A stretch of 58,851 nt of DNA, filler included, from Sphacelaria rigidula (lineage: Eukaryota): assembly GCA_964200075.2 (NCBI GenBank). It is 9 parts of 9 records of this genome, joined end to end, with 100 filler letters (N's around TTAATTAATTAA, not from the genome) between each part and the next. Parts side by side here need not be neighbours in the genome. Positions count along the whole stretch, not along the records: positions 19,654 to 26,103 come from CAXNAA020019995.1; positions 26,204 to 32,653 come from CAXNAA020019996.1; positions 32,754 to 39,203 come from CAXNAA020019997.1; 6 more parts are not named here. One strand, written 5' to 3'. Shown here piece after piece: positions 25,417-37,788 of this stretch. Below the pieces are notes generated by a model. That model was not told where the DNA came from. It saw nothing but the letters and a program-made list of their open reading frames with translations, and did not search any database. Both the position numbers and the translations under genes were made by a program. The first letter of the stretch is position 1; every line of letters starts with the position of its first letter.

Positions 25417-25935
25417 GGTTGTGTCCTGTAGGGTACGGTTTTCTGTGTACCCGGGGTATTTTGACGGGCATTTACCGTACCCGACAGTTCTGTGACTTCT
25501 GTAAGACTTTCATACCGGTACCCGACAGTACTGTAATTTCTGTAAGACTTTTATTCCTGTGCCCGATAGTTCTGTAATCTCTGTGAGACTACCATATCGT
25601 TACCGGGGGGCACGGGTACGGTTTTCTGTGCAACCTCCATACCCCACCTGATAGTTTCTGTGATTTCTGTTAGCCTCCCATACCCTTACCCAACAGTTCT
25701 GTCAGCTCTGTACAGAATGTTCATCCGTACCCGGAGCGCGGACATGCTCTTGAAGAGTACCCGATTGCCGGAACCGGTGTTCTGTAAGCCCCCCATACCG
25801 TACCCGACAAGCCCTGTAATTTCTTCAAGACTTTCATCCAGTAGCGGTACCCGACAGTTCTGTGAGCTCTGTAAGCCTTCCATACGCCTACCCAGGGTTA
25901 GGGTTTACCGTTATAGATATACCCGATTCCAGGTA
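25417..25935. repeat. Dispersed repeat of (CCGACAGTTCTGT)-like subunits
   Basis: Same family as 10148-10452. Confidence 0.8.
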
Positions 25936-26103
25936 TGAATGAGAACAGGTATATACCTTGGGGAGGCACGAACATATGTTCAATCAAAACACAACCTGAT
26001 GGCCTGAACATGTACCTCCCATCGATCAACCCACCCAACTCCTTCATTCAAAACTGCACACCAACAATAATTCAATGTTAAAAAGTTGTTTAGTTTGGAA
26101 TCT

Positions 26104-26203
26104 NNNNNNNNNNNNNNNNNNNNNNNNNNNNNNNNNNNNNNNNNNNNTTAATTAATTAANNNNNNNNNNNNNNNNNNNNNNNNNNNNNNNNNNNNNNNNN
26201 NNN
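26104..26203. other. Artificial contig linker
   Basis: N44-TTAATTAATTAA-N44. Confidence 0.99.
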
Positions 26204-27970
26204 AAATCCCCCCCCCCCTATCGTAGGATGACTCCAAGTATGTACTGTAGTGCGTGTTGGAGGGGCGGCAATCAAACTGTAGTGTACACTGGTGCCGTGT
26301 GAAAGTGAACAACTAACATGGGCCTCACGCCTCGCCGTGGTCAATCATGCTCGTGTACAAACAACATTCTTATCCTTGTCCATCATGCCGCGTCGATATA
26401 ATTCGGGGCGCATGGTGGCTCAACGTTCCGTGTTTGGGCAAGAAAAGTCATATGTACAGCGGGCGGCGATTGAAATAGCCCGCGAACTCTCTACCTGCAA
26501 GCATGAATCGGCGTGTGTTTGGACACATGTCGGTCGATTCAGGTGATACAGAATCGACGGACTGTGAGCAGGGGCGCTTGCGGGGGCAGGTGGTCGGGAG
26601 GGCGGTGAAAAAGCTACGGACCCTTGAGGGGCGTATCTAAACAAGGAACGCGTGAGCGGCTCTATTATCCGAGAACCGCCCGTGGTTGAAAAAGGACACG
26701 GGACTTCAGATCGAGTGTGTATGAAAACGCTATGCGTTCTCTGTGCAGAGTAAATTGCTGCCAGAGAGAGCGCACCTGCCACAGTGGTTTGGCTTCTACC
26801 GTCGATATGACCTGCAGGTTGCGGGAAATATGCTTGTGCAGCAAGAGAGGGCTTGCGTGTGCGTTCATACCTGAAGCGCCTCCTGGTTCGGTCGCCACTG
26901 CCTGAAACCAACGTGGGTACCGTGTGGCACATCGAAGACCTGCAGCGAACTCGTGTCGGAATGTATGTCCAACTTCGAGTAAAAGAGGAAACAGCGGTCC
27001 AAGAAGCTGTCTTATTACCTTGTTGTATTACACCGCTGAATCGTGTATACAAATATCAAGTGAAAATCAAAGGCCGAAAATACAGGGCTTGAAACAAATC
27101 AAACCGAGGAAGGGTTGTGGTGGCTGGAACGCGTACAACAGCAGCCCACGGAGAGAAAACCGGTACAGCTTGAGGCCACAAGCTACATCTAAAGCCCCAT
27201 GAATGTGGAAGTATTGGACGCAAAGCAGGCCACAACCCAAGATGGGTGAGTATGTGACGCACTGGTCCTGTTTCCGGCTCGTAACTCAAACCGTATGTTT
27301 TTCTCACACAAAGGCACTCGTCAACAGTAGACAGCTGTAGTTGAAAGTAAGCACTGAGCTCTTTCTGAAAAGGAAACACCACTGTGATATCAAGGGATTA
27401 TATTACTTGTGACTTACTCGTCACAGCTTGCCGGCAGAAGGGGAGACGTCGCGCAGAACAGATGAAAGCTGATGGTCCTTCTTGTGATTAGATCTACGGT
27501 AGGCCTTTCTCTAACAGGTGGAACGCAAGTGCCTGCATGGGCGATGCGGCATACGATTACCCTCAAAAACTCCTAGCTACGCATACAATCACGTCATATA
27601 AATACCACTCCACACAACGCACTGTACCTCAAGCCAATCAAAGCTGTAGTAGCAGCAGATACACGCGGCTAATCGGGTACAATCCTTTTGCCTTCAACCC
27701 GCTGCGGCAATAATACAGGGATCGAGTCCTGCCTTACACAAACACACATTCGACAAGAATCCTTCCATACCCGCTGGTCGTTTCTGGGGACCATCTGCAT
27801 ATCGACAAGGAAACTAGTTTGATTTCAGGCCCTCAGTCATTTACCATCACATTTGCCCATTCTGAATCGTTCAAGTGCAGTCACTTTTCAGAAGGGACAA
27901 ACTTGCATCGAGCCACACCTCTCCCACACCACAGAAAATTAAGACCCTATTTGAAGATCGAGTCCTCTTG

Positions 27971-28585
27971 TGTACGGGAAACAGGAAGGGGCGATCAACA
28001 CAAAAAAATCAGTAACTGGCAATCACAAGCACAAAGCAAAGAAATCGAACCGATACAATGATTCGGTGTCCTCATGTTCCGTGAGTCTTCAGACGGCGTC
28101 ATGGGAAAGAAAAAATATGAAAAAAATGAGAAAAACAAGACCCAAAGTCAACAATCAAACCATATCCATAAAATGCAGTGTCTCAAAATGAAGTACGCAT
28201 TTCCGTATGCAGGAAATCAGAGACCAATCATTGAAACGGTTATCCTACTCTGACATAACTATATCATGAATAAATAGTTCGCTCTTTTCCGAATGTCCGA
28301 TTTGTTTTGGGTCATTGGTAGAAAAACAAGCAAGCCCGCCAAGGCATTATATCACTTCGATAACCAAGTCCATGCTAATCACTCGTCCCAGTCAATCAGT
28401 AGAAGCAAACAACGTACCGCCGATTTCGTCGCGGAAATGGTAGTTTCCCGCGAAAACCATACGTTGATAAAGAAAAGACCAATTAGAATGATACGGACAA
28501 TCAACTCGTTTGACGTGAGTTAATTGTCGGTACCTGTTTGTGAGACGATTTGCTGGGGACGTCTGGTTGATGATCCAGTCGTACA
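27971..28585 (-). repeat. Putative 3' LTR (615 bp) of the Gypsy element
   Basis: Inverted termini TGTACG...CGTACA. On the minus strand it is preceded, 2 nt upstream, by a polypurine tract GAGGG(A)12 (28588-28604). Confidence 0.7.
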
Positions 28586-29372
28586 GCTTTTTTTTTTTTC
28601 CCTCACACGACGATAGGAGAACAACTGACCGGTTTGTGAGGTCAGGGGTCCGTACACGTCGAAAGAAACGTGGTGGGCAATACACAACCTTCGGGCCTAC
28701 CGCATAGTACCGAGGCGGATCACTCGACACATTTCTGAACCACAACAAATACACAGGACCGAGAGGACCAACGCAGCCCACTCGAAGACCATGTAATAAC
28801 AAAGCAAGACAACAAGTGCGTACAACGAAAAACAAATGAAGACATAATCAACTCGTGGCAACTGTTCCGGTGGACGGAATGGTCGTGAATGTACGGCGCG
28901 GAGGACGGAGGTTCAAGGTTCCAGACTCAGGGTCAGGAATGGAACGATCGTCACTTGTACTTCGAGAGAAAAACCCAGAAGTACCCAGGGAAAGTACCCA
29001 TTGTACACGAAAATCGAACACAAAGGACAAGGCGAAAAGAAAAGTAGACGAAACAAAATATAACAAAGACAACAACCAAGGCAAAAAAAATCGAAGCAAA
29101 AAACAAAAACAGGGTTCAAAGTAACAAAAAACAAAACAAAACGCAACACAAAAACGAAAAATATATAATACAAAAACGAAAGACCAAATACAAAACACGC
29201 CACACCGGCATACATCAACCGCTACAAGTACGGGGCTGATCAGTACGAACAGAAACAATTAGGTGGGGGAGGGGGAAACACATGGTTGTCCAACGACGCT
29301 ACAATGCAAGACAAGCGACTCGAACGCGGTACACTACGCGAGGTGAATGGGGAAGCAGACTCGGATGCGGCA

Positions 29373-32300
29373 TCATGAGTCATCTGCATCCCAAGCGATG
29401 TCCGTGTTCCGTAGAACGGCTGTTTCGGGTTCGCCTTGGTCGTGTCGTTGGAGGCACCAGGATCCCCTCCGAGCGGTCGGCTCCTCGGTGTAGTACGCAT
29501 CATCCAAGCGAATCTTAAGGGGGCTCAGGTCATCAAGGAAGCGGATAAAGTAGGAGTGGTCATATGCAGGGTCGACCAAATGAATTTTTCCCAACCATCA
29601 CAGTGAATCCAAAGCCTTATACCAAAAATACGCTCCTTTCGGCAATCGTTTCCCGTGGAAACACTGCATGTATTGTGAACGCGACAGAAGGCTAAAGCCT
29701 GTCACAACAAACCGCGCTGAGTGTTCACGTGCCAGTTCTCGAGCGGCAGCTCCCAAGCGCATCGACCGATATCTCTTATTCAGCGGGCGGTGTTGGGCGG
29801 TATCTCCTACCCCGTACAGCAATATTTCCCGACGAAAATGACGCAAATCAATCTCACGCTCCCACGTAACACGCATGATACCCTCTCAATGTGTTTGATA
29901 CATTACCGCTATCTTACTTCCACGACCACGAACCAGTTGATGACCCGAAATACTTTCTACCTCAACGCGTTCCAGGGGTGCATCCGCATCCTCGACCGTC
30001 ATATGATACGGCGGAGTTTTGATCGTATACTTGGTCAACACATACTGGCTAAGCCCTACCGGTAATTGTTTGAGCATGTCAGAAGAGTCATGAGGGGGGG
30101 TGCGCGGTTTGCATCGTAGCATCGAGACGCGATTTTTCGGTTTCAAACCAGGTTCATCCGTGGGAAATCTAAATACAAAAGTATCGCTCCCACCGGACTC
30201 TTGTCGGGTGCGGTAGCGCTCGGACCAACAGGTAAAATTTCCCAAGGACCAGTTCAAGGATAGTTTCGCCTTCAGCACTTTATCCAAAGATGATGATTTC
30301 GAGCTAGCCCCTTGCTTGATGGTCTTCACATCGTTATACACCCATGCCCATTGGCCTACCTTCCACACCGGGCGGTTATGCACCACATCATCCAACATCG
30401 AGTTCGCCCTGGCCACCTTGGCCAAATTGATTTGGTTCTGTTTTCGTACCACGTCATATGCAAGACGGAGACGATTGCTAACCGGCAAATGATACTCTGC
30501 AACGTCACGATCCAGACTCTGATGTCCACCTGTATTTTTGCGTTCGAATAAGGTTAGAGGTAACCGAGGCATGCGTCCAGTATGAATTTCATTCGGCGAC
30601 AATCCCGTAGCGGCATTGACTGAATTGTTGTAGTTCATCTAGACAAGGGGCAGGTGCAGATCCCAGTCTATCTGTCTCTCATTCGCTACAGCAGCAAGCA
30701 TCTGCGACATCGTATGGTTCACTCGTTCCGTTCCACAATTGGTGGAAGGGTGATATGAACTAGTAAAAATGCGATGGGCACCCAAAAGGTCACTGACGGC
30801 GGCAGAAAGTTTGCCTGAAAAGTGCGGGCCGTTGTCAGATAATAAGCGTTTGGGCACACCCCACCGTGGGATGTACATGTAGACAAGAATGTTGGCGGTA
30901 CCTACCGCGGTATAACTGCTGGGGGGGACGGCGTGCATGACCGCATGTCGACTAAATCAATCCGTAAACAACAAAATATACTTATTTCCACTACCCGTCA
31001 GGGGCAAAGGATCAAAATAGCCCCACGACATTACTTCACCAGGCCCGTTTGGGAGTGGCATGGAAACAATCGGCCAACGAACTGTTTGACGAGAAGTTTT
31101 TCGCGCCTGACACAAAAGACAACGCCTCACCCACCACCGACAACACTTGATCCATACAAATCCACCAATAAAAACGTTCCAACATCTGGGAGGTCCTCCT
31201 AATGACGCCTAAGTGAGTCGATGCCTGTGAATGGCATTCGTGTAGAACCCATGGGCGCAGTAGCATCGGGATATAGATGCGGACGGGTTCATCACCTAGC
31301 AAGCGGGCATGTCGACTTGTAGGCTTCCCCTGGGGAGGGCTGCTGTGGGCCGGCGAACCAACAGAACTGTACCATCATCATCCGTATGTAACATACCTTC
31401 CCTTGAAAGTTCAGTAACTTCATCCTGGGTGAGTGCTTTGAGATTCCCGACTGGCAAAAGAAATTCAGTTTCTGAAGATGAACATGGACAACCTTTAGAT
31501 AGATAATGGATAGCTGATTTACAAGCAGGTTCTGCCTGTTGTTCCGGGCCCAATCGGCGTGGGAGAAGAGAGTCAAACGTTCCTTGAATACACCATCTGT
31601 TGAAGCGTCGACTTCGTGTTGGGTCGGTTCGGGGCGGGGTTGGCACGAAGCGGTGATTTCGGAATCAAGGGTGAGCATACCAGTTGGTGTACTCTCAGAC
31701 GGAACGTTCACGTCTACTCCTGCGTCGATTAGCGTGGAGGGTGTTGTGGTGGTGTTTGCAATATCATCACTACTGGAGGGGGGCACAGCCGCGGTTTCGG
31801 CTATGGTTGGCAGGGGCGGCACGGTCGGGGTCGATTTCCTGGGACCTTGCGTCGCGGAGGCTGCGGGGGCGCACGGAAACTATCGGGGACCGGGGTGGGG
31901 GCAGGGGGGGGGAAATCAGGACCGGATACGGCTAATTTGGTGGCCGTTTCGGCGGTCCGCCGTCCACGAGTCCTACCCAAAATCAAATCTCGAACTTGAA
32001 CTGGTAAGACGGAGTCAGCAAAGGACGGTTCTACACCTGCTGCAAAAACCATGCGTTGGCCAGTTCAACGAAAATAATCATAGCCAACAGTATTCGTGAA
32101 CAAACCATTCCAAACTGAGTACAACGATTGAGGTTGCAAGCTGCCTAGAACTGATGCGTGGGCTGTGGTCGTCAGCCCACCCATGCCTAAAGCCGGTGTT
32201 TCTCTCAGTGAAAGTGGTGTGTAGAGACCTTTATGTCCATTCCTGCTTATGAAATATACAATGTCTTCGGTGGGATCGGTGATACGTCCCATGGCGGATT

Positions 32301-32653
32301 CATCGATAGGTTGAGCTGGTGTGGGCAAGCGTGACAGGAAGTCGGCGTTTGCATTCTGGGGACCTGTGCGGTACTTCAGTTGAAAGTTGTGAGACGACAG
32401 GATTTCGAACCAGCGTTGGACCCTAGCGTTGTGTTCCGCCATTTTGGCAAGGCTTTTCAAAGACTTGTGGTCGGTATAAATCAAAAACGGGATGTCATAC
32501 AAATACTGACGCAGACGTCGCACGCCCCAAACAACTGCACCGGCCTCTTGTTCCATGACAGACCAATTCTGTTCATTCGGAAAAGTGGTGCGACTCAGAT
32601 AGACAATGGGACGAACAGTAGCATCGACTTGCTCCTGTTCCAATGTGCAGCCA
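29373..32653 (-). mobile_element. pol: Ty3/Gypsy LTR retrotransposon pol (RNase H, integrase, chromodomain-like tail), decayed, truncated by contig end
   Basis: RNase H RPIVYLSR...EAGAVVWG...YTDHKSL...NANADFLSR. Integrase HHCC region CHSQASTHLG...FYWW, core GVPKRLLSDNGPHF and SSYHPSTNCGTERVN. RH-before-IN order indicates Gypsy. Multiple frameshifts and stops. Confidence 0.95.
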
Positions 32654-32753
32654 NNNNNNNNNNNNNNNNNNNNNNNNNNNNNNNNNNNNNNNNNNNNTTA
32701 ATTAATTAANNNNNNNNNNNNNNNNNNNNNNNNNNNNNNNNNNNNNNNNNNNN
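32654..32753. other. Artificial contig linker
   Basis: N44-TTAATTAATTAA-N44. Confidence 0.99.
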
Positions 32754-35200
32754 CCACGGTATGGGATACCCCGGTAAATACCGGGGGTACGCTCGGTACG
32801 GTACCTTACCTACGGTGCCTGTGCAAGATTGTCGTCCCGTCTTTTTTGTGTCGTTTGTATATACTAGTTATAGCGGCATATGTCCTTGCCACAGGTCTAT
32901 CGTAAACCTCGCGCGGTCTTCGCCGTTGCGAACCTCGTCGAACATGTTTTTTTTTCTCATCTGTGTCGAGTAGGGTGATAAACTGCACCCTCAGTTAGGA
33001 CTTGGGTATACATATGTCTTCATGTATACAGTATATTCCGTCGAGCCGACTGTCCACGTTTACCGTTGTGCTCCGACAGTCCCGTGTCTCTTTCCTGGGG
33101 GTTTGGCCGGGGGGGTGATACGACAAAGTCAAAGGTAGCCGATCACTACAATCGCGACCATGTCTGCGTCCTCGAGAATGATGAGTTGTTTCGTCAACCG
33201 TTGTAATCTATTTTGCATTTTACATGGTGGGTCTCATTGCGCATCAGCTTTCTTCACGTCTTGTTTAGTCTTGTCCCTGATGAAAAAAAAAAACGTACAT
33301 TGTGCACTTCAGTACCGTAGTCATTCATCTTTATATTTATCTTTTTCGTTGTCGTGAGTAAAATTGCGTCACAGAGTAAAGTGGTTCGATGTCTTCGTAT
33401 TTTTTTCGTTGGTGGATCCCGAATTGGGTTCCCTGGATTTCAAGGTCAGTCCGCCTCGCCACCTATTTCGGTGGGTTCAGTGAATTAAAAAAATGTTCGT
33501 CTTTATTAGGCTCTTCCGCTACTCGAAATGTTGTGAAATAACCATCCTCGCACCACTGATGAACTAGGACCCCAGTCGGTTGCAAAGTTGCGTGCGCGTT
33601 CACCTCATCACCACTTCATACGCACACTTACTTCCATGAAACGATAAGTTGATATCTGATTTCTCGATCTTGGACCCTCGAATACTGTATCGAAATAATA
33701 GGTATTTCACGCCTGTTGGATTAGGACCCCAGGTGGTTGTGCCAGGAAATACCAACATTTTTTTCGATATCCATCGTCGTACGTTCCACTGATGTACTGA
33801 TCACTGGTCAAACAGGATGAACGCTGATGGATTGGGACCCCCAAAATACATGATGTTTTGCCCACATAACTCATCTTTCGCCTTACACATGTCCCGTCTC
33901 GTCTTGTCAACAAAAAGTTTTTCCACGACCACATTTTTTCACAATCCGTTAAACCATGACCATGTTCAAGTAATGGTGAAAATATTCATGTCTTTGGCCA
34001 AAATAAAACTATCATTGTGAACTAAGCTTCGCTAGGTGTGAGGCAGTAGACTTACGGGTCCCGAAGAACAACGTTGTCGTACCCTGCTGCCGAAGGATCT
34101 CCAGAGTGAGGCGTAATTCTCCTTCTTGCCATTTGGGCAAGGATGTGACCGTGGTCAAGGGTAGGCTAGAAGAACCAGTGAACGAGGTGGTACGGGAGTA
34201 CCAGCTACGTTCCACCAGGGTTCATGCGGTGACCCCGTTGTTTTTGGGCTCTTGTACCGTAGACCCGGTTTGCCTAGGTGTGCTAAAGATCCAGTTTCAC
34301 AGGTTTGGACGTTTCGAGTCCGCTCATGTGTCACTGGCGTGCTCCGTTCCTGGGACTGTTTCTCCAGCTTCCATGTGCATATGGATGTCATTACGTTCAT
34401 ACATACGTGGCCTCCACATCATCGTTTGATACGTATTTCACCACACTTCAGTCAAAATATTTTTTGAGAAGTCAGACGGTTGTCACAAGTGACCATGTCT
34501 TGGCAAGAAATCGTTCTGCCCCACATACGCGTATGTCCGCAAAATGCATATGAAAAAAAAACCCTACAGGTTTGTCGTCAAATTGACCAAAATGTATATG
34601 TATTTGCTCCTTCGTTGAGGATTTCTTCTGAAAAAAAGTCGCGGTTTTGTCTCCCCTAAGTCTTTGCAAGTTTCGTCCAATGTGCGCCCATCTCCACAAG
34701 GTCTCGTTGAACATCTCATGCCATATTAGTGGGTTGGATATTAGTAAACTCGTCAGGTCTTGTCCCTCGAGATTCAAATTCCAGTCTTCAGCTTCAGCGG
34801 ACTCGCGCGCTAACACCGCTGTAGCTGGGGGGGCATGTTAGTAGGACCCCTATATGACCCGACCTGCTCACTAATAACCCCGAGCTAGTCAACCCGGACC
34901 GTCTCCGGGCCTGTCATCCTGGAACTGTCATCCTCTAATCCCCAGTCTGGGATCGTCATTTTCCCGTCTTGGAGGCTCCGTCCGAGCCCCCTACCCAGGC
35001 ACTATGAATTTCAACCCAAGCCCTGCCTTGCAAAGTACGTCCCGTTCAAGTCCACGCCGCGGCCCCGCACACTCCGTACCCTTTCACCGAGTGAGAAGCT
35101 ACAACCTACACACACACACCGTCCGGGTTAGATGAGGAAAATCCGCTGTCCGCAGGCCCATGTCTTGAACATATAGTCTATCTCAGTCCACCTGAGGGGG

Positions 35201-35444
35201 GGTCGCTGTCTAAGGGTTAACCCTTTGACCGCGACGGTTGATCTCCTGCTGAATCGGCATCAATCTTCACTTGAGAAGAGTATACATGATCCAGATGGAC
35301 TACCCGCACCGCAGTGTAAGGGTTGCTGTCTAAGGGTTAACTCTTTGACCGCGAGGGTAGATACCTGCTGAATCGGCATCACTCTTCGCTTGAAAAAAGT
35401 ATGCGCGATCCATATGGACTACCCGCACCGCAGTGTAAGGGTTG
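35201..35444. repeat. Tandem duplication, ~120-bp unit x2
   Basis: GCTGTCTAAGGGTTAA...GGACTACCCGCACCGCAGTGTAAGGGTTG units begin at 35201 and 35321. Confidence 0.95.
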
Positions 35445-36719
35445 ACCGTAAACCAGCCTTTACGACCCTACAGAACTCGACTTTCTCCTCGTTCTGAAAA
35501 ACTTTGGCGTTCATATCTACCTTCGTGAACCTTGTCTCAGTCCATGTACCGAGTACCTGCCAGGAGAAAAGTGCCCATCACTGAGTAGCCATCCAGTGCG
35601 TGATCGTTTTGCTTCAAAAATGGAGGTCAGAATCAGGTACACATCTGCGGGCGCTTGGAATAGAGCACCTTGTCAGCCCTCCTCTTTAATGTACGATAGA
35701 TCTTCTACCTTGCTCAACCGTGCAAAGTACAAACTACCCTGACGGCAGGTTTCCGTTACGGACACGAATGACGGCACACAGAGCATCCACATCCAGATTC
35801 TGGCGGTATGCCGCTGAACCATACTGAACTGTGTTGCATCGAAGAACCCTTACGGAGAGAGTAAGCAACTTGTTTTTTTCAAACCAAATTCTTGTGCACT
35901 AGATGTTGATCCTGACCTGACTAGAAGCTGTACATCGCCTCAGGGTCAGGCATGCATGGTGGTTCTACTTCACCGACCAGCAGGCATTGGAAACGTGCGC
36001 TTCTCCCGCTCTTCATTATCTTTTTCAACTGTCCAAAACAGACGAAACACGACGTCTAGTACAGTGGTACAGCAGCAGCATAAAGTGCGATATGCTACGG
36101 TAGATTCGCCGCAGTACCCATGCATATTGGAAGGTAACGGACTCACCAAAGAGAAAGATGGCCGAGTCCTACGGCGAGGAAGCCTCCCACAAATGGTGAT
36201 GGTGCCAACAACATATTCAACCGCGCCGTCGAGAAAACAAAGACAAGTACTGGTCTTGGCTTGAGCACACACGTTCTCCGCACATTGTATTGTCATTATT
36301 TCAACGATATATATATCTGGACTTGTCCAATTGAAGCATTTTTTCATCGTAATCGCTGTAAAGAATGGATGCATAGTCGAATGATAGCTTCAGCATAGCA
36401 TCAATAACTTGGAGGGTCGTTATGCCGATTGATGCACTAGAATACGTGTGTGCATGAGCGACATGCACAATGTTTGACCGCGGGTGTGACCAGGCATTGA
36501 TACTGGCGAAGTCCCACTAGATGAGTTATTAAATACCCTCCCGAAAAAGCCGATCAATGCGCGCGCATGGTCTCGCTGGTAGGCTCAGGATGACCAAGTC
36601 TGACACGAGAACCCACAGGTTGCGAGTGTTGAGGGGGCGGTAACAACAGCGAGGCAGATAAAACAAACAATTCCAAGGGATCTCCGTTACATTTTTGCTG
36701 GACACTGTCGAATCAATCG

Positions 36720-36908
36720 ATGACTGTACTTTATACAGCAGTCTTCAGCATGGCTCCTCGCGGACAGCACAGCGGAGCACCCCCAGACATGTTGTCCGGA
36801 GGAGGCAGAGAGATACTAGCGTCCTACACGGCATTCAGCTACCAGGGAAATTTTTCCGATGTTGCGTGTCGGCTCATCGACACTCTGCCTCATCAGTCGC
36901 CTGCAATG
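36720..36908 (+). CDS. Exon 1 of longin-domain (VAMP7/R-SNARE-like) protein
   Basis: ATG...ATG|gtacgt encodes MTVLYTAVF...ILASYTAFSYQGNFSDVACRLIDTLP, resembling the longin N-terminus (ILY...ILAE...GNF..IA..ILEKLP). Confidence 0.75.
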
Positions 36909-37384
36909 GTACGTTACATGCTGATGTTGCGTGTGCTGATGTTGCGTGTTCTGCTTCGTTTCGGGGGAAGCAGAACTGAAGTTTGGGAAGTTGGTGTTTG
37001 CCACACACACCCTACGAGTATCCTTCTGCGCAATTATGACTTGTATTGCGTTTTGTCTAATGCCGACGTACCCACGACGGCTGAAGTTGCGTTCTGTTAA
37101 CTCTGCCTCCCAATAGATCCTGAAAGTGTTCCTGATTGGTAGGACTTGGTTTCGTCGTTTCGTCCTCCATTGGAAACAGTAGCGGCAGCTGCTACTCAAG
37201 ACCAAGACCATGAGCCGTTTCCTGTCTGTACTCACCCGAAATAAATACAGCGTACTTACTCCAAGAAGCCTGTTTCGTTCAGTCTCCATGTTCGGTGTCT
37301 TTCGACGCCGTTCCAAGCACTGTTAGCACTCGCTGGATGTACCGACCAAATGTATGATGTGTCGAAATGGTCTCACTACTTCAG

Positions 37385-37567
37385 CAACGCGGCAGAAAAC
37401 GGCTGGTCACTCCCAAAGAGCGCCGTCAACGAGGGAGTACAAGCATAGACAGCGCAACGATGGCGGAGGAGGTGTGCTGTGTGAGCGGCGAACACGTGTG
37501 TTACCTAGCCATGACGCCGCGGCTGGCCACCCTGTGCGTGACCGATGGCCTGCCACCGGACCAGGAG
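37385..37567 (+). CDS. Exon 2 of longin-domain protein
   Basis: ttcag|CAA...GAG|gtcagt, phase 0-0. VCCVSGEHVCYLAMTPRLATLCVTD fits longin strands b3-b5 (LC..D motif). Confidence 0.72.
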
Positions 37568-37705
37568 GTCAGTAATACTGTACTGAAAAGAGTAGAGATC
37601 CAGATATGACCGCACGGTGCTCGGTATGACAGCAACAATGAAACTCGTCCAGCATTTTTTTGCCCGCCAAGGGCCGTCTGGCCGTTGTTGGATACCGACA
37701 TGTAG

Positions 37706-37788
37706 CCAGCTGCTGACGTTGCAATCGCAATGTCTTTCTGCTGTGAGTTGTGGCTCAAGGAAATCCAGACGGCGGCGCTGAGCACTAG
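37706..37788 (+). CDS. Putative exon 3 of longin-domain protein
   Basis: gtag|CCA... encodes PAADVAIAMSFCCELWLKEIQ, resembling the longin helix (AFAFLEEL). Boundaries are tentative. Confidence 0.45.
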
